DNA of 64,000 bases from Acidobacteriaceae bacterium (GTDB lineage: Bacteria; Acidobacteriota; Terriglobia; Terriglobales; Acidobacteriaceae): the NCBI GenBank assembly GCA_035505395.1, contig DATJQW010000001.1:644-64643 (forward strand). Direction: 5' to 3'. Numbering within the stretch: the first letter of the stretch is position 1; every line of letters starts with the position of its first letter. The translations under genes and the position numbers were made by a program. Shown here piece after piece: positions 47,359 through 58,060 of the stretch. Below the pieces are notes generated by a model. That model was given only the letters and a program-made list of their open reading frames with translations, did not search any database and was not told the DNA's origin.

Positions 47359-47972
47359 GCCGTGCGGCGGGAGCGGGCGTCCTGGCCGGCCTGCTCTTCA
47401 TGGCCGCAGCCGCCCCGCAAGATGCTCCCGTCCCCCCGGCGAACACCGAGCAGATCGAGACTGGCCGGATTCATACCCCGGCGGGCGAGGTCGAGCAATA
47501 CCGCATCCGCCTGCTGCCGCCCAGTTCGTTCCCGGATCTGCCTCCCACTGTCGCCGCCCAGCTGCGCGATCGCCGCTGCATGATTCCCCAGTCCTTCGAG
47601 GCTCAGGCCCCGGAAAACGTCATTCACGGTGCATTTCGCGCTGCCGGAAGCAATGACTGGGCTGCGCTCTGCTCCTCCTCGGGCGCGACAACCCTCTACA
47701 TCTTCTTCGCCGGCCGGCTCGACGCGCCCATCCCGTTGCGCTCCCAGCCTGACACCGCCTGGCTCGGGGCCGAGCCCGGCAGCAACATCTTCGGCTCTGC
47801 CTGGGGCATCGCCACACGCTCGCTCGCCGACTTGCAGAATTCCCGCCTCACCGCCTCAGGCGTCTCCTTCGACCACGACGCCCTTGAGGACGCTGACCTC
47901 GAGCGCTCAGCCACCATTCGCTACTACGACTCCGGCCACTGGATCGTCCTTCACACCCAGTCGCAGGAATAA
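47355..47972 (+). CDS. exported hypothetical protein
   Basis: Signal peptide MSRAAGAGVLAGLLFMAAAAPQDA. The ATG overlaps the upstream stop (ATGA at 47355-47358). Confidence 0.55.
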   Translation: MSRAAGAGVLAGLLFMAAAAPQDAPVPPANTEQIETGRIHTPAGEVEQYRIRLLPPSSFPDLPPTVAAQLRDRRCMIPQSFEAQAPENVIHGAFRAAGSNDWAALCSSSGATTLYIFFAGRLDAPIPLRSQPDTAWLGAEPGSNIFGSAWGIATRSLADLQNSRLTASGVSFDHDALEDADLERSATIRYYDSGHWIVLHTQSQE

Positions 47973-48290
47973 GCAGCTCCGCATACCGCAACTTATTCTC
48001 CGCCTTTGCGGTCTAATCCGTTCGCTACCCCTTGGTTTGAGGTTGATTTGGGAAGGTAAATTCTTATTTACATTCCGCTCTTTCCGGCACTTTCCAGGCT
48101 GCGTTACAGTCACAGAGCCAGCAGCCAACAAAGCTCCCGCCCCGATTTCTGCCGACGCGTGTCACCGGGCGGGGATATTATGGGACGCATCACCGAATAG
48201 CCTCCGGCAGATTCTCCTTCCGGAGTGAGGTTTCCCGCGGTACGTTCCGGGAACTGCAATGTCTTCGCTCGATCATTCAAGAGGATGGCC

Positions 48291-51200
48291 ATGACTCGCC
48301 CCACAGTACATTTCCCCCGCATCCTTGCATGCGCTGCCGCAGTTCTCGCCCTGTTTGCGGTTTCGCTTCCGGCCCAGGACACCCAGACCGTCGTTCCCAG
48401 CCGCCTGACTCAGCCTATTGACGAGAGCGTCCGTGTCACATTTCACGGATACATCGCGCCCCAGGCCAATGCCGCCAACGATCGCGGCGTCGCTCCCGAT
48501 TCCATGCCCCTGGAGCGCATTCACCTCGTCCTCAAGCGCAGCTCCGCTCAGGAAGCAGCCCTTCAGCAACTCGTCGCCCAGATGCACACCCCGGGCAGCG
48601 CGAATTACCACAAGTGGCTCACGCCGGCTCAGTTCGGCCAGCAGTTCGGGCCCTCCGACCGGGACATCGCCACCGTCGAATCCTGGCTCTCCTCGCACGG
48701 CTTTCAGGTCACCGGCGTCGAGCCCGGCAAGCAGGTCATCGAGTTCAGCGGTAACGTCGCCCAGCTCCGCGAGGCCTTCCACGCTCAGATTCATCGCTAT
48801 CAGGTCAATGGCAACATCCATTACGCTACTGCCACTGAACCCGACATCCCCGCCGCTCTCGCTCCCGTGGTTGGCGGATTCGATTCGCTGAACGATTTCC
48901 AGCCGCATACCTTCACGCATGTACTGGGCACCGCCTCGTATAACCCCAAGACCGATCACGCCACGCCCAACTGGACCTATGGCACCTCGGCCGGCTTCAG
49001 TTTCGTCCTCGCCCCAGGCGACTTTGCCGTCCAGTACGACCTGCCTGCCAGCACCGCCGAACAGGGCCAGGGCGAAACCATCGCCATCCTCGACTTTGCC
49101 AACGTGAACATGGATCTGGTGAAGCAGTTCCGTACACTCTTCAACCTGCCCACCAATAACCTGCCTCAGGTCATCATCGACGGCAACGATCCCGGCATCG
49201 ACGGGATCAACAACCCCGACGGACCCAACTACGCCTCGATTGAGTCCTACCTCGATGTCGAATGGGCCGGAGCCGTCGCTCCCCAGGCCACCATCGACCT
49301 GGTCATCGCCGCCGACACCGCCCTCGAGAACGGCGGCCTGCTCGCCGCCGAACACGCCGTCTACAGCAACATCGCCCCCATCATCAGCTCCAGCATCGAT
49401 GTCGGCGGGTGCGAGCAGGAAGCCGGTTCGCTCAACGCGTTCATGTCCTCGCTCTGGGAGGAGGCAGCCGCACAGGGCCAGACCGTCGTGGTTGCCGCCG
49501 GCGACAGCGGCTCGGCCGGCTGCGACAACGAGAACACCGAGGAGTACGCCGTCAACGGGCTCGGCGTCAACAGCTGGGCCTCAACTCCCTACGACGTTGC
49601 CGTGGGCGGCACCGATTTCTATTACTCCGACTGGGCCAGCGGCGCCGTAAGCGCCCTCAACGACTGGAACCCGAATCCCACCCAGGCGCCGGGAACCTCC
49701 CTGCTTAAGTCGCTGCCTGAACAGCCCTGGAACGACAGCCAGTATGGCCTGGATGCCGTCAACATCAACAGCGATAACGACACCAACATCGTTGGTGGCA
49801 GCGGCGGCGCCAGCAGTTCGGCTGTCTGCGCCGGCAACGACTACGATTCCAGCGGCGATTGCGTCAGCAGCGTTTCCGGCTATGCCAAACCCTCCTGGCA
49901 AACCGGCACCGGCACGCAGACCGACAAGGTGCGCGACATCCCTGACGTCTCCCTCTTTGCCGCCGATGGCGTGAATTACAGCTACTATCCGATCTGCGCT
50001 TCCGATGGCGATTGCCAACCGCCCTCCGGCAACAATCTCTACCAGATCACAGGAGTCGGCGGCACCTCCGCCGCAGCGCCCACCTTCGCCGCCATCATGG
50101 CGCTCGTCGATCAGAAATACGGTTCCCAGGGTCAGGCCGACTTCGTCCTTTATCCGCTCAAGACTCAGTTCCCCGCCGCATTTCACGACATTACCAACGG
50201 CACCAACTCCGTTCCCTGCGGGCCAACCGGACAGAACAACTGCATTGCAGTCACAGACGGTCTTACCGTAGGCGGCGTTGTTGAAGGTCAGCTCGGCACC
50301 GGCACCACTGCCGATTACAACGCTGCCGCCGGCTATAACCTCGCCACCGGCCTGGGCTCTGTCGATGCCAACGTCCTCATCAACGACTGGGGTAATGTCA
50401 CCTTCAAATCCACATCCGTCACCCTCGCCCCGTCCAGGACATCGTTTAGCCACGGCACGCCTATCACCATCAGCGGCTCCGTCACCGGCTCCGGAACCCC
50501 GACCGGCGATGTTGCCCTTATGACGGACAGCACCCTGTTGTCGAACCAGGGCGAGGCTACCTTTGCCCTCAGCGACGGCTCCTACTCCGGCTCTATCAAC
50601 TATCTCCCCGGCGGCACCTACAATATCTGGGGGCAATACAGCGGAGACGGCACCAATGCCGCCAGCAAATCGGCCACAACCCAGATCACCGTCACTCCGG
50701 AGAACAGCACCACCCTCCTCTATCTCCTGAACACGATCAGCATCTACACCGGCGAGACCGCGGTCAGTTCCGGCCAGAGCGTACCCTACGGCTCTCAGCT
50801 GATTCTCGATGCTGAGCCCATTCCCACCAGCTGCGCATCGAGCGGCTGCAGCAGCACCGGCTATACCGAGCCCACCGGCACCGTCACCTTCGCTGACAAC
50901 GGGACCAGCATCAGCACCGCGGTGCTGAACACGGAAGGCGACGCGGAAACCAACTACGCCTTCCCGGTCGGCAACCACTCGGTCACCGGCAGCTATTCGG
51001 GTGACGCCAGCTATAACTCGTCCACCGCCTCGGCCACCACTTTCACCGTCACCAAGGCAACGCCGGCGATGGCGATCGTGACTCCGCCCACCACCCTGAA
51101 CACCTTCCATGTCATCGTCGAGAACACCTCCAACCTGACCATCGTGGAAAATCAGGTTGGAGCCACCGTTCCCGCCGCTCCGCCCACCGGCTCGGTCACC

Positions 51201-52562
51201 ATCACCAGCTCTCCGTCGGGCATCTCCGGCACCTTCCCACTCTCCGGCGCGGTTGACCCCTCAACCGGCTTCGTCGATGCCGTCGCCGCGGTCACCACCA
51301 GCGCTGCGGCCGGCACCTACACAGTCACCGCCAATTACTCCGGTGACGCCAACTACGCGGCCGCGTCAACCAGCGCCTCGGTCACTCTTACGACCGGCAC
51401 CGGCCTCACCTCCACCATCGCCGCCGCAACCAGCGGCACGATCTCGCCCAATTCGACCCTCACCATCTCCGGAACCGTCACCGGTCAGAGCGGCAGCGCA
51501 GCCCCAACCGGCTCGGTCGACTTCTTCTCCTCCGGAATTAACCTCGGATCGGTTGTGGTTACCGCCGGAGCCGGCACCGACGTCTCCACCTTCGGGGCTA
51601 CCGTCAACAGCAGCGAGCTCCCTCAGGGCGCCAACATCATCACCCTCCAGTACAGCGGCGACACCGTCTATAAGCCGTCCTCCACCACGCTGAGCGCCGC
51701 TGTTTCCAATCCGCTCTCCGACTTCACCATTGTCCCGAATTCGCCCAACGTGGCCGTTGCCGCCGGCAGCAGCGGCAGTGACACCATTCAGCTCGGCTCT
51801 GTGAATGGCTTCACCGGCGCCGTCTCGCTCTCCTGCTCCGGACCGACCGGCATCACCTGCTCGCCCAGTCCGGCATCCGCCACCTTGACCGCCGATGGCA
51901 CCGCATCCACCAACGTCACCATCAACGTGGCTTCTACGGTGGCCAACGGAAGCTATCAGGTCAGCGTCATGGGCACCGACTCCACAGGCGAATTCATCCA
52001 CACGGCCGGCGTAGTCATCATCGTTTCGGGATCCTCGACCACCTCCAGTTCCTTCGCCCTCACTGCCAGCAGCATCGGCACCATCACCGCCGGCGAATCC
52101 GGAACCTCCACCATCACGGTCACACCGTCCAGCGGCTTCACCGGTAATGTCGCGCTTACCTGCTCGGTGTCCAGCACCTCTACCGGGGTCGGCTGCAGTC
52201 TTTCGCCCACGAGCGTGGACATCACGGCAGGCGCGCTTACCTCCACTCTTACCGTCACCACCACCACTTCCAGCGCCGCTGTGCGCTTCCCGATGACGAA
52301 GTACCTCACCGGCGCCGGCGGAGTCGTGCTCGCCTTCGTGGTCTTCTTCGGCATCCCGGCGCGGCGTAAGAGCTGGCACACCATCCTCGGCCTGCTGGTC
52401 GTCATCGTCCTGGCAGCCGGCCTGGGTTGCGGCGGCAGCGGCGGCAGCGGAGGAGGAGGCGGCGGGGGCGGTCAGAGCGCAACCTACACCGTTACCGTCA
52501 CCGGAACCAGCGGCAGCCTCCCCGCGCAAACCACCTCGCTCAGCGTCACGGTCAGCAACTAA
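48291..52562 (+). CDS. sedolisin (S53) peptidase with pro-kumamolisin activation domain, long Ig-like repeat region and C-terminal membrane anchor
   Basis: Signal peptide. Pro-domain (HLVLKRSSAQEAALQQLVAQMHTPGSANYHKWLTPAQF...SWLSSHGFQV). S53 nucleophile motif GVGGTSAAAPTFAAIMALV (~50050-50110). Then ~800 aa of Ser/Thr-rich Ig-like repeats (...YSGDANY..., ...YSGDTVYKPS...). ATG at 48291 has the best GAGG spacing. Confidence 0.85.
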   Translation: MTRPTVHFPRILACAAAVLALFAVSLPAQDTQTVVPSRLTQPIDESVRVTFHGYIAPQANAANDRGVAPDSMPLERIHLVLKRSSAQEAALQQLVAQMHTPGSANYHKWLTPAQFGQQFGPSDRDIATVESWLSSHGFQVTGVEPGKQVIEFSGNVAQLREAFHAQIHRYQVNGNIHYATATEPDIPAALAPVVGGFDSLNDFQPHTFTHVLGTASYNPKTDHATPNWTYGTSAGFSFVLAPGDFAVQYDLPASTAEQGQGETIAILDFANVNMDLVKQFRTLFNLPTNNLPQVIIDGNDPGIDGINNPDGPNYASIESYLDVEWAGAVAPQATIDLVIAADTALENGGLLAAEHAVYSNIAPIISSSIDVGGCEQEAGSLNAFMSSLWEEAAAQGQTVVVAAGDSGSAGCDNENTEEYAVNGLGVNSWASTPYDVAVGGTDFYYSDWASGAVSALNDWNPNPTQAPGTSLLKSLPEQPWNDSQYGLDAVNINSDNDTNIVGGSGGASSSAVCAGNDYDSSGDCVSSVSGYAKPSWQTGTGTQTDKVRDIPDVSLFAADGVNYSYYPICASDGDCQPPSGNNLYQITGVGGTSAAAPTFAAIMALVDQKYGSQGQADFVLYPLKTQFPAAFHDITNGTNSVPCGPTGQNNCIAVTDGLTVGGVVEGQLGTGTTADYNAAAGYNLATGLGSVDANVLINDWGNVTFKSTSVTLAPSRTSFSHGTPITISGSVTGSGTPTGDVALMTDSTLLSNQGEATFALSDGSYSGSINYLPGGTYNIWGQYSGDGTNAASKSATTQITVTPENSTTLLYLLNTISIYTGETAVSSGQSVPYGSQLILDAEPIPTSCASSGCSSTGYTEPTGTVTFADNGTSISTAVLNTEGDAETNYAFPVGNHSVTGSYSGDASYNSSTASATTFTVTKATPAMAIVTPPTTLNTFHVIVENTSNLTIVENQVGATVPAAPPTGSVTITSSPSGISGTFPLSGAVDPSTGFVDAVAAVTTSAAAGTYTVTANYSGDANYAAASTSASVTLTTGTGLTSTIAAATSGTISPNSTLTISGTVTGQSGSAAPTGSVDFFSSGINLGSVVVTAGAGTDVSTFGATVNSSELPQGANIITLQYSGDTVYKPSSTTLSAAVSNPLSDFTIVPNSPNVAVAAGSSGSDTIQLGSVNGFTGAVSLSCSGPTGITCSPSPASATLTADGTASTNVTINVASTVANGSYQVSVMGTDSTGEFIHTAGVVIIVSGSSTTSSSFALTASSIGTITAGESGTSTITVTPSSGFTGNVALTCSVSSTSTGVGCSLSPTSVDITAGALTSTLTVTTTTSSAAVRFPMTKYLTGAGGVVLAFVVFFGIPARRKSWHTILGLLVVIVLAAGLGCGGSGGSGGGGGGGGQSATYTVTVTGTSGSLPAQTTSLSVTVSN
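52431..52472 (+). repeat. coding low-complexity tract (GGCGGCAGC x2 plus Gly codons) giving GGSGGSGGGGGGGG
   Basis: Read directly: ggc ggc agc ggc ggc agc gga gga gga ggc ggc ggg ggc ggt, inside the sedolisin gene. Confidence 0.8.
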
Positions 52563-52586
52563 ACCCGGATTTCCAACCTTCACGAG

Positions 52587-52616
52587 GGCCGCGTCTTCGG
52601 ACGCGGCCTTTCTCTT
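52587..52616 (+). terminator. intrinsic terminator after the sedolisin-Ig gene
   Basis: GGCCGCGTC ttcg GACGCGGCC, a 9-bp perfect stem with a UUCG loop, followed by TTTCTCTT. Confidence 0.75.
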
Positions 52617-52749
52617 GAGCAATAACTCTGTCATTCTGAACGAGCTTTCCAAATTCGTTGCGCTCCGTTGCCGGAGCGCAACGGAAATTCCGGCGCGAGT
52701 CGAATGGACCTGCATTTCCCATCCCACGCGCTGCCAGGCTGGAGGCGTG

Positions 52750-54369
52750 ATGCTTCGAGCGCGTGCCTTGTACCTTCTCTGGACGGTCGCCCTCTGCGCG
52801 CTCTACTGCCTCCATTTCCGCCATCTCCTCGCTGACTTTCCCAACGACTCCCCGTGGATGGATTTCTCCAAGTACACCGATGAGGGCTGGTACGCGAACG
52901 CCGCCATCCGCCATTTCCTACTCGGCCGCTGGTACCTTCCCGGAGATTTCAATCCCGCCGTCGCCGTTCCCGTCTGGCCGCTGCTCCTCGCCGGCGTCTT
53001 TCGCTTCACCGGAGTCAGCCTCGCCGCCGCCCGCGCCACTGTCCTCTGCGTCCTCGGCCTCAATCTGGTTCTCGTCTACGCGCTGATCCGCGCCCGCGCC
53101 CCCCGCTGGGCGGCCCTCCTCGCCGTCACTCTCCTGCTCGCCAACCCCTTTCTCTACGCCTTCAGTCGTCTCGCGATCCTTGAGCCGCTCTCCTTCGCCT
53201 TTCTCCTGTGCTCCTGGCTCACTGCGCTGCGGCTGCCGAGCGCCTCAGCCCGCGCCCGCGTTCCGCTTCTCATCCTCACCGGATTCCTGCTCTGCCTCCT
53301 CGTCCTCGCCAAGACCACCGGCATCTTCCTCATCCCCTCCACGCTCTTTCTGGTCTCCTGGGCCTGCGGATTCCGCTTGCGGCCCACGTTGCGCGCCATC
53401 GCCATTACCTCGCTCGCCGCCGCGTTGCCATGGAGCGCGTGGTATTGGCTGGCCATCCGTCCCCGCTACCTCAACGACTTCCGCTACTTCTTCAGCGCCA
53501 ACAGCTGGCCCATCCCCGATACTCTTACTGGAAAGCTCGCCGCCTTCTGGTACGCGCTCCACGGCACGCTCTGGATCTCCCCCGCGCTTTGCATCACCGT
53601 CATCGTCCTGCTCCTGCTCACGCTCATTGCTGCGTGCCGCTCAGTCTTCTGGCGCAATCCCCTCGTTCCTGCATCCCTCCTCGCCATCGCCGGAACTCTC
53701 TTTTTCATCGGCTGGCAGAATCGCCCCGCGCCTCGCTACTACGAAGCCGTCATCTTCCCGCTCTGCATCCCTGCCGTGCTCGCCGTCGCGCATCTTTTCG
53801 AAGCTCGCGCTGTTAACCAGTCCGATTCCCCCTCGCCCCCGCTTCGCGCGCGAAAAACTCTCGCCCTCCTGCCGCGCATCGCCGCGGCCGCCGCGCTGGT
53901 CGCACTGTCCATCGTCTCCATCAACGGCATCGTCCACACCATCCGCTACGTTCGCCATCCTCAATACACCTGGCTGACCGCCGCAACCAATCTCACCCGT
54001 TACATCGACACCCATCCCGCCCCGAACCGCCTGCTGCTCTCCATCAGTGGCGATCAGATCGCGCTCACCACGCATCTGCCCGCCATTTGCGACGATTACG
54101 GCCCGTGGGACCTCCCTTATCGCATCCATGTCTACCAGCCCTCGTGGTACGCCGCCTGGAACGCCATCGACGACGACACCCTTGCCGACCTCCAGACGCA
54201 GTTCTCCATCGAACAGGTCGCCGCCTTCCCAGCCTTCGACGCCGCCGAACGCGATCTCCTCATCCTCTACCGGCTTCACCCCCTCCCCGCGGACAAGCAG
54301 TGGTTCCCGGCAAAGCCTCAGAATTCGCTGGACCCCGGCCGATCACCGTCGTCACCCGCTGATCCCTAA
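52750..54369 (+). CDS. GT-C fold glycosyltransferase, family 39 / ArnT-PMT-like
   Basis: About 12 TM helices, with a first periplasmic loop ...FSKYTDEGWYANAAIRHFLLGRWY... carrying the acidic DE pair typical of PMT_2/GT39 enzymes. GGAGG Shine-Dalgarno before the ATG at 52750. Confidence 0.75.
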   Translation: MLRARALYLLWTVALCALYCLHFRHLLADFPNDSPWMDFSKYTDEGWYANAAIRHFLLGRWYLPGDFNPAVAVPVWPLLLAGVFRFTGVSLAAARATVLCVLGLNLVLVYALIRARAPRWAALLAVTLLLANPFLYAFSRLAILEPLSFAFLLCSWLTALRLPSASARARVPLLILTGFLLCLLVLAKTTGIFLIPSTLFLVSWACGFRLRPTLRAIAITSLAAALPWSAWYWLAIRPRYLNDFRYFFSANSWPIPDTLTGKLAAFWYALHGTLWISPALCITVIVLLLLTLIAACRSVFWRNPLVPASLLAIAGTLFFIGWQNRPAPRYYEAVIFPLCIPAVLAVAHLFEARAVNQSDSPSPPLRARKTLALLPRIAAAAALVALSIVSINGIVHTIRYVRHPQYTWLTAATNLTRYIDTHPAPNRLLLSISGDQIALTTHLPAICDDYGPWDLPYRIHVYQPSWYAAWNAIDDDTLADLQTQFSIEQVAAFPAFDAAERDLLILYRLHPLPADKQWFPAKPQNSLDPGRSPSSPADP

Positions 54370-55773
<1,404 letters not shown>

Positions 55774-55865
55774 TCGTTCCCGCAATCTCTTGCGCTCTGC
55801 GCCCTTTGCTGCCCTATACTTGCGTGCAAGGAGCCGCGCACCCCGCGGCTCCGCCCAGGCTCCTC

Positions 55866-56327
55866 ATGGCGAAACACGCAGTCCAGCGCCGCACGCATCG
55901 CGATCCCGTCATTCCCGACAAGCTCTACTTCCGCATTGGCGATGTGGCGAAGCTCTGCGGGGTCGAAGCCTACGTCCTGCGCTTCTGGGAAACCGAATTC
56001 CCCCAGCTTCGCCCCAACAAGAGCGGCACCGGCCAGCGCCTCTACCGCCGCCGCGAAGTCGAGCTGGCCATCCGCATCCGCCGCCTGCTCCACGACGAGG
56101 GGTATACCATCGCTGGCGCTCGCCAGGTTCTCGCCCAGGAATCGGCCCGCTCCAAATCCCCGCAGCTCCCGCTCATTCAGGGCAGCGGCAACGCCGCCGT
56201 CCAGGCAAAGCTCCAGCGGCTTCGCAACGATCTTCGCGAACTGCTCGGCATCCTCTCCACCGCCCCCGCAAAATCTCCCGCGAAAAAATCGCGCCTCTCG
56301 CAGCCCGGCCCCAAACTCTTCGAGTAG
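55866..56327 (+). CDS. MerR-family transcriptional regulator
   Basis: [58 protein letters not shown]. Trimmed to the Met at 55866. Confidence 0.8.
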   Translation: MAKHAVQRRTHRDPVIPDKLYFRIGDVAKLCGVEAYVLRFWETEFPQLRPNKSGTGQRLYRRREVELAIRIRRLLHDEGYTIAGARQVLAQESARSKSPQLPLIQGSGNAAVQAKLQRLRNDLRELLGILSTAPAKSPAKKSRLSQPGPKLFE

Positions 56328-56352
56328 CCCTCTAACCCGCTACACTGAAGTC

Positions 56353-56916
56353 GTGGTCTTCGTTTTAGACAACTACGATTCCTTCACCTTCAACCTCATC
56401 CAGTACATGGGCGAGCTGGGCGCCGACCTCGTCGTCCGCCGCAACGACGAGCTCACCGTCGACGAAGTCGAAGCCCTCGCTCCCGAGCGCATCGTGCTTT
56501 CGCCCGGCCCCTGCACACCGCACGAAGCCGGCATCTCCATCGAGCTCATCCGCCGCATGGCAGGCAAGGTCCCCATTCTGGGCGTTTGTCTGGGACATCA
56601 GGCCATCGGCGCAGCATTCGGCGGCCAGGTGGTCCGCGCGCCAAAGCTGATGCACGGCAAAACCAGCCCCGTCGAGCACGACGGCCGCACCATCTTTGCC
56701 GGTCTCGCCTCGCCCATGACCTGCACCCGCTACCACTCGCTCATCGTCGAGGAAAAGGGCCTGCCCGCCGATCTCGAAATCTCCGCGCGCAGCGCCGACG
56801 GCACCATCATGGGGCTCCGCCATCGCCGCTTTCCCATCGAAGGCGTGCAGTTCCACCCCGAAAGCGTCCTCACCGCCAACGGCAAGCGCCTGGTGCAAAA
56901 CTTCCTGGAGCTGTAG
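56353..56916 (+). CDS. trpG: anthranilate / aminodeoxychorismate synthase component II (glutamine amidotransferase)
   Basis: [22 protein letters not shown] catalytic Cys, [11 protein letters not shown] start at 56353. Confidence 0.9.
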   Translation: MVFVLDNYDSFTFNLIQYMGELGADLVVRRNDELTVDEVEALAPERIVLSPGPCTPHEAGISIELIRRMAGKVPILGVCLGHQAIGAAFGGQVVRAPKLMHGKTSPVEHDGRTIFAGLASPMTCTRYHSLIVEEKGLPADLEISARSADGTIMGLRHRRFPIEGVQFHPESVLTANGKRLVQNFLEL

Positions 56917-56920
56917 CGCC

Positions 56921-57880
56921 GTGCGCCATGTCGTTTTCGCAGTCTTTGCCGCAGCCTGCCTCGCAGGACTCGCCGCTGCCCAGCAGCCCGCACCCCCGCC
57001 CGCTGCGGAGCCCGCTCCAGCTGTCGCGCCCATCTCGCTCGCGAGCGTCGAGATGCAGGGAGTCACGCTCTCCGGCTACATTTTCGTCAGGGACGGGCGC
57101 GCCATCGTCGGCAACGACACCTCCATCACTGCCGGCGGTCAAACCGCGCACGTTGCGCTCACCCGCGGCGGCTCGCTCGACGTTTGCGCTACCACCAAAA
57201 TCCACCTCGCCACGGACAACACCACTGTCGGCGGCGCGCTGATGTTCGCTCTCGACCGCGGAGCCTTCGAGGCTCACTACACCCCCGGCCAGTACTCCGA
57301 CGTGATCCTCACCCCCGACCTCCGCATCCTCATCTCGCCGCCCGGGCAGGCCGACCTCAGCCTGCGAGTGAACCAGCAGGGCGACACCTGCATCGACAAC
57401 CACGGCGACAACGCCCCCTACGTCACTGCGTCCAGCCTCTTTTCCGGCGGCGCCTACCGCATCCAGCCGAACCAGCGCGTGCTCTTCGAGCACGGCAGCA
57501 TCAACGAAGTCGTCGACACCGAGCAGGAGCCCTGCGGCTGCCCCTCCTCGCCGCCGCAATCCGTTGCCGCAGCGCCGGCCGCGCCGTCGAGCCACCGCCA
57601 AACGGCTGCCTCGGCAGCTGCGCAGAACCCCTTCCCGCTCGCCACCAGCGAAGGCCTCGCGCCGACTCCGCCGCCGCCGACCACCCCGGTCGTTCCACCG
57701 GGGCAGACTCATGCCGAAGTGCAGGTCCCGATCGTCTACAACGCCAATAACCCCGCACCGGCTCCGCCGCCGACAGCCGCGTCGAGCGCCGCACCCACTC
57801 CCGCGCCTCAGCCCAAACCCCACCGCGGCTTCTTCGGCCACATCGGACACTTCTTCGCGCGGATCTTCGGGGGAAAGTAA
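56921..57880 (+). CDS. exported hypothetical protein with Pro-rich C-terminus
   Basis: Signal peptide VRHVVFAVFAAACLAGLAAAQQ (GTG start) and Pro/Ala-rich segments at both ends. Confidence 0.6.
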   Translation: MRHVVFAVFAAACLAGLAAAQQPAPPPAAEPAPAVAPISLASVEMQGVTLSGYIFVRDGRAIVGNDTSITAGGQTAHVALTRGGSLDVCATTKIHLATDNTTVGGALMFALDRGAFEAHYTPGQYSDVILTPDLRILISPPGQADLSLRVNQQGDTCIDNHGDNAPYVTASSLFSGGAYRIQPNQRVLFEHGSINEVVDTEQEPCGCPSSPPQSVAAAPAAPSSHRQTAASAAAQNPFPLATSEGLAPTPPPPTTPVVPPGQTHAEVQVPIVYNANNPAPAPPPTAASSAAPTPAPQPKPHRGFFGHIGHFFARIFGGK

Positions 57881-58060
57881 GCAGGTCGCTGGCCGCACCG
57901 TCCGCTGGCTCGCTGACTTGCTGACTTGCTCGAGTGCCACCCCCCCTGCGCTAAAATCAAGGAGCCGGAGTATTTTGCCCGGACCCTCCGCGGTCCGCCG
58001 CCTGCGGCTCGTTTCTGCCGCGACCCTCCGCACAATTTCTTTCCGCAAGGAGCTTCATCC

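Noticed and set aside
52431-52472. Short tandem GGCGGCAGC repeats, checked as a possible CRISPR or VNTR element
   Set aside because: Only two units plus Gly codons, in frame within the sedolisin gene (a Gly/Ser linker). There is no spacer-repeat architecture anywhere in the window.
49581-52727. Two long minus-strand ORFs (509 aa and 453 aa)
   Set aside because: Antisense to the sedolisin-Ig gene. They are Gly/Ala/Asp/Arg-rich mirror images of Ser/Thr/Ala/Pro codons.
56870-58048. 392-aa minus-strand ORF, plus several Pro/Arg-rich plus-strand ORFs in other frames (57184-57750, 57564-58313)
   Set aside because: They overlap the signal-peptide-bearing 56921-57880 gene and efp. They have extreme Arg/Pro/Gly composition and no start-site support.
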